Assembly: GCA_943788935.1 (NCBI GenBank)
Contig: CALSSE010000014.1
Coordinates: forward strand, 22,682-86,681
Direction of reading: 5' to 3'
Source: an uncultured bacterium
GTDB lineage: Bacteria > Myxococcota_A > Bradymonadia > UBA7976 > VGTA01
Length of the DNA stretch: 64,000 nt
Below, one piece after another: positions 17,249-26,965 of this stretch. Numbering within the stretch: position 1 is the first letter of the stretch; each line of letters opens with the position of its first letter. A program made the translations under genes and the position numbers. The notes under the pieces are model-generated. The model searched no databases. It saw nothing but the letters and a program-made list of their open reading frames with translations, and was not told the origin of the DNA.

Positions 17249-20200
17249 CTACTCTATTCGTTTGCTTCCATTGACTGGAAGTGTCGGAGGTAGAGAAGGT
17301 ATTATAGGAGTCGAAGGAGCTGAAGCCGAAGGAGACCTAGTATCTTCATAGGCTTTTACCGACATCTTTAAGGCTTCTTCAAGAGTACGACCCATACGCG
17401 CTACTCCACGGAACACTACAACAACACGCTTCAATTGAGTGACCGGGTTTTGTTGTGAACGGATATATAGAGGCTCCACATAGACCACTTCATTACCGAG
17501 CAGGAGAGCGGTAGTATGACCTCTAATAACATCTGTACCCACACGGTTCCACCAAGAGATCTGCTCTGAGATCTCAGGGGTCTGATCAATCGCGGCGTCA
17601 GCTTGCTCAATCCCCGGATAGAAGTAGCCCTTAGGGACTTGAAGGGCGACCAAACGCCCATAATCTTCACCGTCTTGATAAGCTAGAGGGATGCCACGTA
17701 GATTGAGCGCTTTCTCTGGACTAAAGACCATGCCGAGAGCGAACTGAGTCTTCTCCTTAGCAGCGGGAATGACCCCCTTTCCTGTCTCTAACATGAAGGT
17801 ATAAGGCTCATTTGAGAAGGTGATCGCTTTCCCTTGGTCTAGGACAGGTCCAAGAACCTCATCGCCATCATCCCAAAGGTCCTCTTGGTTGAAGAAGTAC
17901 ATCGGGTCATTGGCATGATAATAAATGAAGAGATCATCAAACTGTAAGTGGAATAGGTGTATGGGGTAGGTGAGATGTTCCTTAATAGAAGTGGGCATCT
18001 GATCCTTGGGTGTAAATAGACCAGGATAAATGCTCGCCCAAGTGTTAGAGATCGGATCATCTGAAATCTGATAAAGAGTGATATCACCTGTCGTCGAGTC
18101 GACAACCCCCTTTACTGAGTCACGTACCCAGTTCACTTTTCGCCATTCACGAGCGAAAGGGGTGGTGTCATGAGATTTATCACCTAAGTCACCATAAGCT
18201 GAATATGGGTAGCGATCAGTGGTAGTGAGAGCATTGATCATCCATTTGAGCTTTCCTTCATTAGCTATAGCAGTAATGTTCGTGTCATAGTATAGGAAGG
18301 GTGCCACTTTCTGAACGCGCTCGAGAGGAGTACGATAAAAGTGCACTCGGGTGTCATCTTTGATCAAATCGGAGAATATGATATCCGAGAATTGACCACT
18401 TCTCCAACCAAACGCTAGTCGTTTGATGAAGCTGTCTATTTTGACGCCCACTTTAATATCTTGTGGAAGCTCAAGCTCAGCGCGATCTTGTTGGGTGGGG
18501 AAGTCAAATTCTTTAACCTGATCGACATTAGAATAAGCCATTGAAGAGGAGCCCTCTCCATAGTAGATACGAGGGTTATCCAACTTAAACATATCATGGT
18601 CACCGCTATGAGGGATCCCACCAGCCATGAAGTTCGGTACGCCCTCTTCTGTAATTTCTCCAGAAGGCGCAGCAACAAAACCATATCCATGAGTGAACAA
18701 CATGAATCTCTGACCAAACCAAGCGAGCCATGGATAAGGCTCAATCAATGGGAGTTCACGCACACCACTGACAAACATTCGCTTCTCGCCATCAATTTTA
18801 TAGCGAACGTTGTCTATTCCAAGGAAGTTATAGTAGGTACGCAACTTCTGATATTGTCGGAATATCTCTAAAGAAGGGCCATAGATCGTCGCATCACCTT
18901 GAGTACTTAGAATACGTTGAGAGTGCTGAGGATCCAAAAGACGCTCTAAATAAACGGTCTTTCCAGGCCAGAGTGGCGCATTGCGCAGTGTAGAGCTGCT
19001 CAGCATTTCCTCTATATTGGGAATCGGTTGGTCTTGGTAATTAGGTTCGTAGTTGACCTCTTCAACCTTATCTAGTCCGTATGCCTTGCGCGTGGCTTTT
19101 AGATGTAAATCGATATACTTTAACTGAATGACGGGCTCGTTGGGCTCGATCGACGTTGTATCTCTTATGCTGACAGCACCTCTCATGCCGAAGTCACATG
19201 CTAAGAGAATGAAGGTCGCAATTACGCTTTTACGGAAGAGCGCTCGCTCATCTGATTTAATCGCTCTAAAAAGCATAACAATCGCGATGGTCACTCCTAA
19301 GGTGACCAAGGTACTGAATCGCAGATAAGATAGAGTAGAGAAGAAACCGGTGACATCTAGTGCTTCAGCTCCTACATAAATCGCAGAGCTTTTATTGTCT
19401 AGAAGCACAAGATCAAAAGCCCCGAGGAAGCGATGATAAGTCACTGCCAACCCGAATAGGGCTAACGAAATGATCGTACTGTTGTTGGCGATCGACTTGA
19501 AGAAGTAATGAAATCTAGAGCCATCTACTTGTTCGGCACGAGTGACCCATGCACAACCGATAGCGGATATCGCTCCCAAAAAAGTACCCCAGAGGAGCGT
19601 TTCCGCAATCGTCCAGAATACTGGGACATCATAAATATAAAATCCTACATCCCGATTGAAGATCGGGTCGGTTTCACCAAAAGGGATTCCGCCATAGAAT
19701 AAAAATGTTTGGTATTTTAAGCTGAGGAAATAACCGCTGATCGAACCAATAAGGATCGCAAGGTAAATCACAAATTTACGTTGATGGACTGCTAGGGGAT
19801 TAGCAAAGGCTGGTACTAGTATTCCCAGACCTAGTAAAATCGATCCGACCAAGAAGAGTGTTGTACCCATCCAGAAATTGGTATTGAAAACACTCTCTAA
19901 ACCTAAGCTCTGTAATAGCCAATAGTCAAAGGCGAGAAATGAGAGCTGATCTAAGAAAAACAGTGCGCAAAAAGCAAGACCTACAACTAAAAGTCTGCTC
20001 CATAACTTACCGCTGTCGGGTCTTATAAAGTGCTGATATTTACTCTCGCTATCGAGGGAGGTAAAACGAGCTAAAACTTTACGAACATCTAGCGACCTTC
20101 TCTGTTGGAGAAGAGTAATAAAAGATACACTACTGTAAGATACATATCTAAAGAAATTGTCTAGGACTGCGATAGTGACACATTCGTGAAATGCGGTTCC

Positions 20201-21112
20201 ACTCATCCACAAAGTAGCCGCAAATGCCCACTCGAACTGACCGATACCACCAGGTGTAATGGGTAACTGACGTGCCAATGCACCCGCAATTAAGGCCATC
20301 AATAAAACACTAGGATCAATGTGTAAGATCACGTTGTCTGAAGTGAAAGCCATCGCCGTAAAATAAGCAGCGATATCTTCAAGCAGGAAACAGCCCATCG
20401 AGAGGAGTATCATACTTATGGTACGTCCCGGCTGATTTAGCATCCCTTTGATGATCTCTACAGAACGTGTATATATCACTTGACGTATGTCGGCTGAGGG
20501 TCTGGTTACGAAATAGCAGACCCCAAAGATCACGAGGCCCCACCAAAGGTAACTGATCCAAGCACTCCACCCCAAAATAAACAATGCGATCAGAGCAAAG
20601 ATAAAGATCTCTAACCACAATAATATTGATCGCCCAAGCGCTATGGAGTGAGCTTGCTCCTCAGATGCGCCTTCTGTTTCGAGTGAGTGACGTATAGAAT
20701 GACTATCCATTCTGAAGGGCATATAAAGATTATTGATTAATCCCGCTGCTACGTGGCGTGAAGAGTTTCCTTTGGAGGTATATCCAAAATGGCGAGAGAG
20801 AATACTGAGCTGTATGCTCCTCAGCCAGAAACAAAGAAAAAAGCAACCAACGAGTAGACCAACTGTATTCCAACGAATGGGGTCCATCGCCAGCATATAG
20901 AGTTTGAGATCAGCTATTCCCTCAATAAAACCTGCATCCATATCGTGATATTGGATCAGTCCGGAGTTAATCAATAATGATAACAATCTGGTGTTGGCAA
21001 CAAAGTCCCACGCAGGAGCATAATAAATGAGTGAGGAAAACATCGCAATCATTGTGATTATTGATGCGACCAACCCCCATCCTAAACTAGGAGTATACCT
21101 TAACTTATTCAT
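17249..21112 (-). CDS. Fusion of an LPG-synthase-TM (UPF0104, flippase-like) domain and a UPF0182 (COG1615) membrane protein
   Basis: N-terminal ~340 aa are multi-TM with LPITPGGIGQFEWAF. UPF0182 motifs follow: FGETDPIFNRDVGFYIY, PNE...YI..H..ATRKAYGL, FRQYQKLRTYYNF, FTHGYG, PRIYYGE, RVQKVAPFL, NWVRDSVK, YVEPLYI...QLKRVVV. Confidence 0.88.
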   Translation of the reverse strand: MNKLRYTPSLGWGLVASIITMIAMFSSLIYYAPAWDFVANTRLLSLLINSGLIQYHDMDAGFIEGIADLKLYMLAMDPIRWNTVGLLVGCFFLCFWLRSIQLSILSRHFGYTSKGNSSRHVAAGLINNLYMPFRMDSHSIRHSLETEGASEEQAHSIALGRSILLWLEIFIFALIALFILGWSAWISYLWWGLVIFGVCYFVTRPSADIRQVIYTRSVEIIKGMLNQPGRTISMILLSMGCFLLEDIAAYFTAMAFTSDNVILHIDPSVLLMALIAGALARQLPITPGGIGQFEWAFAATLWMSGTAFHECVTIAVLDNFFRYVSYSSVSFITLLQQRRSLDVRKVLARFTSLDSESKYQHFIRPDSGKLWSRLLVVGLAFCALFFLDQLSFLAFDYWLLQSLGLESVFNTNFWMGTTLFLVGSILLGLGILVPAFANPLAVHQRKFVIYLAILIGSISGYFLSLKYQTFLFYGGIPFGETDPIFNRDVGFYIYDVPVFWTIAETLLWGTFLGAISAIGCAWVTRAEQVDGSRFHYFFKSIANNSTIISLALFGLAVTYHRFLGAFDLVLLDNKSSAIYVGAEALDVTGFFSTLSYLRFSTLVTLGVTIAIVMLFRAIKSDERALFRKSVIATFILLACDFGMRGAVSIRDTTSIEPNEPVIQLKYIDLHLKATRKAYGLDKVEEVNYEPNYQDQPIPNIEEMLSSSTLRNAPLWPGKTVYLERLLDPQHSQRILSTQGDATIYGPSLEIFRQYQKLRTYYNFLGIDNVRYKIDGEKRMFVSGVRELPLIEPYPWLAWFGQRFMLFTHGYGFVAAPSGEITEEGVPNFMAGGIPHSGDHDMFKLDNPRIYYGEGSSSMAYSNVDQVKEFDFPTQQDRAELELPQDIKVGVKIDSFIKRLAFGWRSGQFSDIIFSDLIKDDTRVHFYRTPLERVQKVAPFLYYDTNITAIANEGKLKWMINALTTTDRYPYSAYGDLGDKSHDTTPFAREWRKVNWVRDSVKGVVDSTTGDITLYQISDDPISNTWASIYPGLFTPKDQMPTSIKEHLTYPIHLFHLQFDDLFIYYHANDPMYFFNQEDLWDDGDEVLGPVLDQGKAITFSNEPYTFMLETGKGVIPAAKEKTQFALGMVFSPEKALNLRGIPLAYQDGEDYGRLVALQVPKGYFYPGIEQADAAIDQTPEISEQISWWNRVGTDVIRGHTTALLLGNEVVYVEPLYIRSQQNPVTQLKRVVVVFRGVARMGRTLEEALKMSVKAYEDTRSPSASAPSTPIIPSLPPTLPVNGSKRIE

Positions 21113-21643
21113 ACAATAGAATTCCTTAACCTAAAAGTAGTACATATATAAACGTGCCATCACTAGTACACTTTACAAATCATGTCAAATAGAATCGCGA
21201 GGTTCTTGTGCTTAAAAAAACAACCTGCTGTAGTCCATTAAAGACTTTAAAGTGACCCCCTAGGCATCTAGCATATTTACCAAGAATCTTGATATACAGG
21301 ACAGTATATCTTTATAAACATGTGTCATATTGATACTTGTAGAATATACGATAACAATATGCCGCAATATGCCGCCTAAATGCCTTTTTATCATAAATGC
21401 ACATAAAAAACGACTCATTCTCAAAGAGTCTTCCAAATTTAATAGAAAATACCCAGCTGAGATGTATAATTCTCCTCAATTATATACATATATATCCTCA
21501 GTAAACAGTGCACAAATTATGAAATAATACACCTAAGCAATCTGCCTAAATAATCTAAGCATTAAACTTTACTTTCAAACCTCTTGATGTTAGAAGTTAA
21601 AAGGTCATTCTCAAGGTAGTGACTTTGAAAGTTGGGTAATACA

Positions 21644-24600
21644 ATGAAGAATATAATACATAAGAGTTTTCTAGCCTTAGCACTTATTACATTTGGTGCG
21701 TGTCAAGAGAAAATAAATCTCAACACAAGTGAACCATCAGTGAATGACGACCAAGATGGTGATGGGTACTCTAGCGTCGTGGACTGTGATGACAACGATC
21801 CCACAGAGAGACCCGGTGTTATTTGGTATACCGACACTGACGGAGACGGCTTCGGAGATGAAGGAGCCTCACAGGAATGTGAACGTAACGATAACAGTGA
21901 CGTCTTGGTCGCTGGTGACTGTGACGACACTGACGAGACTCTAAATCCTAATGTGACGTGGTATGCTGACGTCGATGGTGATGGGTTCGGTGACCCTCTT
22001 CAAGAAGCAAACTGTAAACCAACCGTTTCTCCATCAGTGTTAGACGGGACAGACTGTGATGATAATGATTCCACAGAATATCCAGGTGTCACATGGTACA
22101 TAGACGCTGATGAAGATGGGTTTGGTAATCCTAACTCCAGTAACGAGTGTGAACGTTCATATAGTACAGATGTACTCGTAGGCAATGATTGTGATGATCT
22201 CTCATCAGAGGTTGGTGACGATGCAGTTTGGTATGCTGACGTCGATGGTGACGGTTTCGGTGACCCTAGCTCGAGCACCGCTTGTACTCGCAATGCTCCT
22301 TCTGATGTTTTAGATAACACTGACTGTAACGATAATGAAGCAGGTCAATACCCTGGTATCACTTGGTATGCTGATTCAGATGGTGATGGATTTGGTGATC
22401 CTGACGTCAGCAATGATTGCGAGCCTAATGCGGCCTCCGATATCTTAGATAACACTGACTGTAACGATAATGAAGCAGGTCAATACCCTGGTATCACTTG
22501 GTATGCTGATTCAGATGGTGATGGATTCGGCAACCTAAGTTCCCCCAGTTTCTGTGAACCCAATGAGCCCTCTGATGTCCTGGATAATACTGACTGTAAT
22601 GATAACGCATCGGATCAATACCCAGGTGTCATTTGGTATGTTGACTTTGACAGAGATGGCTTTGGTGATCCGAGTACCGGCTCTGAGTGTCAACCTCTGT
22701 ACTTATCAGACGTAACGAATAACACCGACTGCAACGATACTGACGCTGAACTGAATCCGTTGATCACCTGGTATGCTGACTCCGATGGAGATGGGTTCGG
22801 TGACCCTAACGTCAGTAATATATGCGAGCCGAATAACCCTACAGATATTCTGGATAACACAGATTGTGATGATACTAACGCCGCTTACTACCCTGGCTTA
22901 GTTTGGTACGTCGACGCTGATGGAGATGGTTTTGGTGATGATGCTCGATCATCGCTCTGCAACCCCCAAAATCCAACGGATACTCTGATAAGCGGAGATT
23001 ATGCTGATGATAACATTAATCGTTTTCCCGGAGCTACCTTCGATATAACAGGCACCGCCTCAGGCATATACAAAGGTGCTCCTCCAGTCCTCGTCATTTT
23101 GGATTCAAGTGACTCATATGAGGTGAGTGGAAGTGGTCCCTTTACTATCCCTGATGCAGTTGTTGACCTTGAGAGCTATCAAATCTCTATCGATAGTTCA
23201 GCGAGTGGTCTGAATTGTAGTCTCGAAGGAGCTGACGGCGTTCAAGAAATTCAAGGGTTTGACTTAAATATAACGATCTCATGTGAGTGTGTTTATGACC
23301 ATACAATCATCAACCTCGGCTTTGCTCTTGTTGACGATTCTTGGGAAGACGAGAACCAATTCTTTGACATCAATGATCTCGGAATGATCCTCTACCGCAG
23401 TGAAGAAGAGAGTGATCAAGGGAGTCTTAAGTGGAGGTGTGGAAATCGAGCCTTCACCGTAGATAGCATTGGATCCTTAGTTGGCATTGAAATACCGGAT
23501 GATACCACTGGAGAGCTTGTTTCGGCTGATGCACAGATTGAAGGATTTGGAGCTCGACGAGCGATTAACAACGACGGAGATATCGCTTATGTTGCTGAGA
23601 TCATGCCTGCGGATGATGCCAGTTTCAGCCTTAGAAATGAGCCTGGAGTAATCTACACGGGATATCCGAGTAACTTCAGAAAAGAAGTGATCAGGCGAGG
23701 TGAACAGATGGGACCCATAGAGGAGATCTATGGTGGTTCTGGGACTGAGGTAAGTATTAACTCAAACGGTCAAATCGCTTTCCGAGCTCATACTCAAGAT
23801 GATGACGACATCGAATATATCGGCATTTATGAATCTGATACTGAAACAATCAACTATTTCATTGACTTCCCTACGACAGATGCTGATGAAATGTGGTTAT
23901 CCGATATCAATGAGCGAGGTGAAGTACTCGCATTAGCAGAAGATTACATTGAAGATGGGTCTAAGAAGCTCTATCGATTCGGGAACCCAGTCGGATCAGA
24001 GCTCCTCGTACAGGAGTTCGACCCGATCCTCGACTTCTTCACGACTAGGATCAGTAATCCTCGCTTCAACGATCAAGGGGAGATCGTGATGGTTCTTGGC
24101 CATTGCCCAACTCTCATCGAAGCAGAGGCTCTTGCTGATACCAGAGACGAGAGTTGCTTGATAGAGGAGACTACTTTAGAAGTATCTAACCAGTGGGGCG
24201 ATAGCACGAGGCTGGTGAAGGTCTACCATGAATCCTTGATGTTTTGGAAAGACGGGGCCTTTCAAGAGATTGCCCGCGCAGGTTCCACTATTGATGGTAT
24301 CAGGATTGAAGGTTTTACGCCTTTCATCGACATCAACAATGTAGGTGAGGTCGCCTTCATCGTAGGTGAGTATGGAGTGTCCCGAGTGGTAGAGGGAGCT
24401 AGTAACACTAGCGGTGATGAGATCAGTCATCTATTTAGATGGTCATCTGATCAAGGTCTAGAGTTGGTGAGCCGTAACCTGGATATTATTGGTGACTACT
24501 CACTGGTAGAGCACCAATTCGTTGACATCACGGATGACGGCTCGATTTTCTTCAAGGGTAGTAATGCTGCGGATGACGACCAACATGCTATTTTCTGTAA

Positions 24601-25894
24601 TCATCCAGATACTGGGACACATATGCTGATCGGAGAGGGTCTGTTTTTCGATAATCAGCATGTAGAGACCATCACCATGGGAGAGCTTAACTTTGATCAC
24701 AACACGAGTGAAATAGGACGAGTTGCGGTCCCCGTTAAGTTCTCCAACCGTCCGACTCAAAACCTAGCATTACTCGAATGTGAATCCCAACCGATCACTT
24801 CAGAGAGAGTGATTGAAGATATCTGTGATGATGAGATTGATAACGATGGCAACGGTGTAGCTGATTGTGATGACTCTGCTTGCTCTTCTGAGAGAACCTG
24901 TGGCAGAGACCTACCCGTCGATGACGAGCAAATCACGATTGAAGGTTCTCTCTTGTACCTTGCAGATCCGATCTGGTGGCGACCCAATGCTGATTGTACA
25001 CCTCACGCAGATAACGATGAATCTGATCCTAATTCAGGACTCTATCTATATGACGCTTATTGGTTCACGAACACCACCGACCAAGAAGTCACGGTGACCG
25101 CCAACGCAACCTTCTCAGATGACGGCTACCTACATGTATTTAACTACCTGTCAGCGACCGATGAGGTAGAATGTGTCCGAGGAAATGATGACTATCTTAG
25201 CCGATTCCAAAGCACAGTGACTGGGATCACTGTAGCGCCAGGCGCTGAGATCGTGATTTATGTCTCGGTGAGTGAGCCGGGAGAGGTCTCAGAATATACG
25301 CTTGAGGTGACCCCTTCAAACGAAGAGATCTGTGACGACGACATAGATAATGATTTGAATGGCGCCTTTGACTGTGCTGATCAAATCGCTTGTGAAGCAC
25401 CTGAAGGGTGTAACGAGCTCTGTGATGATGGTCTTGATAATAATGGAGATACACGTATTGACTGCGATGACCCCAGATGTGCTTTTGATAGTGCCTGTGA
25501 AATCGTGGCTCCTCTTGACGAAAATATCATTAATATTACAGGACAGATCAATCAAGATGATTTCGTGTGGAGTCGCCCTAACAACGCCTGTGTCATTGAA
25601 AATATCAATGCACAATACTTCTATGATGCGATCACTTTGACTAATACCGATGCCATCTCTCATGAATACACGGTAAGCGTTGAATGGTCACCACCGAGTC
25701 TTGGTGGATTTACTGATGGATATATTCATATTTACGATAGTTTATTTACGACCTGTCTTCTTGGTAATGATAATGAATCAGACGAGAGTAACAGCGCGAT
25801 CACATTTACAGTCGATGCCAATACCTCAGTCGTCGTAGTCTTGAGCTCTTATGACCAAAGCGCTGTTATCGACTACTCTGTTACGATTCAATAG
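21644..25894 (+). CDS. Large modular lipoprotein: ~9 WY-x-D-x-DGDGFG (MopE-type) repeats, NxxGxxAF beta-propeller-like repeats, EICDD/DNDG repeats, two PPC-like beta domains
   Basis: Lipobox TFGAC; 45-aa repeats; INNDGDIAY, INSNGQIAF, INNVGEVAF; two WxRPN...YxYD...DGYxH...GND domains. Confidence 0.85.
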   Translation: MKNIIHKSFLALALITFGACQEKINLNTSEPSVNDDQDGDGYSSVVDCDDNDPTERPGVIWYTDTDGDGFGDEGASQECERNDNSDVLVAGDCDDTDETLNPNVTWYADVDGDGFGDPLQEANCKPTVSPSVLDGTDCDDNDSTEYPGVTWYIDADEDGFGNPNSSNECERSYSTDVLVGNDCDDLSSEVGDDAVWYADVDGDGFGDPSSSTACTRNAPSDVLDNTDCNDNEAGQYPGITWYADSDGDGFGDPDVSNDCEPNAASDILDNTDCNDNEAGQYPGITWYADSDGDGFGNLSSPSFCEPNEPSDVLDNTDCNDNASDQYPGVIWYVDFDRDGFGDPSTGSECQPLYLSDVTNNTDCNDTDAELNPLITWYADSDGDGFGDPNVSNICEPNNPTDILDNTDCDDTNAAYYPGLVWYVDADGDGFGDDARSSLCNPQNPTDTLISGDYADDNINRFPGATFDITGTASGIYKGAPPVLVILDSSDSYEVSGSGPFTIPDAVVDLESYQISIDSSASGLNCSLEGADGVQEIQGFDLNITISCECVYDHTIINLGFALVDDSWEDENQFFDINDLGMILYRSEEESDQGSLKWRCGNRAFTVDSIGSLVGIEIPDDTTGELVSADAQIEGFGARRAINNDGDIAYVAEIMPADDASFSLRNEPGVIYTGYPSNFRKEVIRRGEQMGPIEEIYGGSGTEVSINSNGQIAFRAHTQDDDDIEYIGIYESDTETINYFIDFPTTDADEMWLSDINERGEVLALAEDYIEDGSKKLYRFGNPVGSELLVQEFDPILDFFTTRISNPRFNDQGEIVMVLGHCPTLIEAEALADTRDESCLIEETTLEVSNQWGDSTRLVKVYHESLMFWKDGAFQEIARAGSTIDGIRIEGFTPFIDINNVGEVAFIVGEYGVSRVVEGASNTSGDEISHLFRWSSDQGLELVSRNLDIIGDYSLVEHQFVDITDDGSIFFKGSNAADDDQHAIFCNHPDTGTHMLIGEGLFFDNQHVETITMGELNFDHNTSEIGRVAVPVKFSNRPTQNLALLECESQPITSERVIEDICDDEIDNDGNGVADCDDSACSSERTCGRDLPVDDEQITIEGSLLYLADPIWWRPNADCTPHADNDESDPNSGLYLYDAYWFTNTTDQEVTVTANATFSDDGYLHVFNYLSATDEVECVRGNDDYLSRFQSTVTGITVAPGAEIVIYVSVSEPGEVSEYTLEVTPSNEEICDDDIDNDLNGAFDCADQIACEAPEGCNELCDDGLDNNGDTRIDCDDPRCAFDSACEIVAPLDENIINITGQINQDDFVWSRPNNACVIENINAQYFYDAITLTNTDAISHEYTVSVEWSPPSLGGFTDGYIHIYDSLFTTCLLGNDNESDESNSAITFTVDANTSVVVVLSSYDQSAVIDYSVTIQ
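22310..22527 (+). repeat. Recent 135-bp-period duplication inside the MopE-type repeat array
   Basis: About 83 bp (TTAGATAACACTGACTG...GATGGATT) are identical at 22310 and 22445. Confidence 0.85.
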
Positions 25895-25970
25895 GCTGGT
25901 TTCAGACATCTAATCTTGTGCGCTAAAGTACCGACTATATGAGATATATTCATCGATTGGACTAATTCAA

Positions 25971-26798
25971 ATGCAAATCAAACGAACCTTTACTCTCTCT
26001 CTATCTGTCTTTTCGATGCTTTTGTTGGGCCTCTCCCAATCTCATGCAGATGATGGGGTCACTAGACCTTCGACTGGTCCCTATTCACAAGCAGAAAGCT
26101 CTTCTCAAAAGCCCAAGGTGAAGTTCGCTTCGCCATCGAGCCAAGACCCTCGTGGCTCCTTGAAGAATTTCAACTCAAAACGAGTGGGGTCTAAACTTCG
26201 CAAGGTGAAGAGTGATGAGTATGAACTTCGTCTCAAGATCACTCAAACACTTCAAGAATACCAAGGGGTCGAGTTGATCTGTCCAAGCGGCTTTCAGGAT
26301 CATCAAAGAGTGATTAAAGGGTTTGCTACTTGGTCTAAGGTACCCAAGGAAGTATGTAAGTTACAGTTTAAGGGAGGTGGACCTCCTGATATCTACCAAA
26401 GCGCTACCCACGGTGAGTCTCTATTGTGTCAGTCTGATGCTCAAATCATTAAATGCCAATCAGTATCACGTGAAGAGCTTATGGCGGAAGCGTCTCAGAC
26501 ATCAGATTCGCCTCTAGTACTCACCTTGGTCGCTCCCTACTCTCATACTAAACTAGTGGTGACCTGTAACGACCAAGTTCTATTTCAAGAATTTGTTAAT
26601 GAAACTAAGAGCAAAGAAGTCTTCTCTTACAAGATCCCCAAGGAGGGCCGATGTGAAGCGACTCTGAAGGGAGGGGGTAAACCGTATACCATCCAACCTT
26701 TAAATGCAGGGATGCGCGTAACCTGTACTCGTGGATCAGCAAAGAGCGGAAGGCCTAAGTCCAAAATTTCGCCTAATTGCGAGTTTGAAAACTACTGA
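25971..26798 (+). CDS. Secreted hypothetical protein with two copies of a small Cys/KGGG domain
   Basis: Signal peptide ending SHA; VELICPSG...VPKEVCKLQFKGGGPP...LLC and LVVTCND...IPKEGRCEATLKGGGKP...VTC. Confidence 0.7.
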   Translation: MQIKRTFTLSLSVFSMLLLGLSQSHADDGVTRPSTGPYSQAESSSQKPKVKFASPSSQDPRGSLKNFNSKRVGSKLRKVKSDEYELRLKITQTLQEYQGVELICPSGFQDHQRVIKGFATWSKVPKEVCKLQFKGGGPPDIYQSATHGESLLCQSDAQIIKCQSVSREELMAEASQTSDSPLVLTLVAPYSHTKLVVTCNDQVLFQEFVNETKSKEVFSYKIPKEGRCEATLKGGGKPYTIQPLNAGMRVTCTRGSAKSGRPKSKISPNCEFENY

Positions 26799-26965
26799 GA
26801 CCTCTTCGACTACACTTAAGGTAATAAAGCGATATCTTCGAGACTAGGTCTCTAAAGATTAGGTCCATCATGAACCATATCAGATTAACTTTTACAGCTC
26901 TACTCCTACAGATTCGAATCATCAATTCGACAGTTTCAACACTCTATTTATTCTAGGAGTCATTG

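Noticed and set aside
21140-21162. Sigma54 promoter for the UPF0182 fusion (TGGCAC on the minus strand); similar case at 52921-52940
   Set aside because: The -12 GC is missing in the first case and is 2 nt out of spacing in the second.
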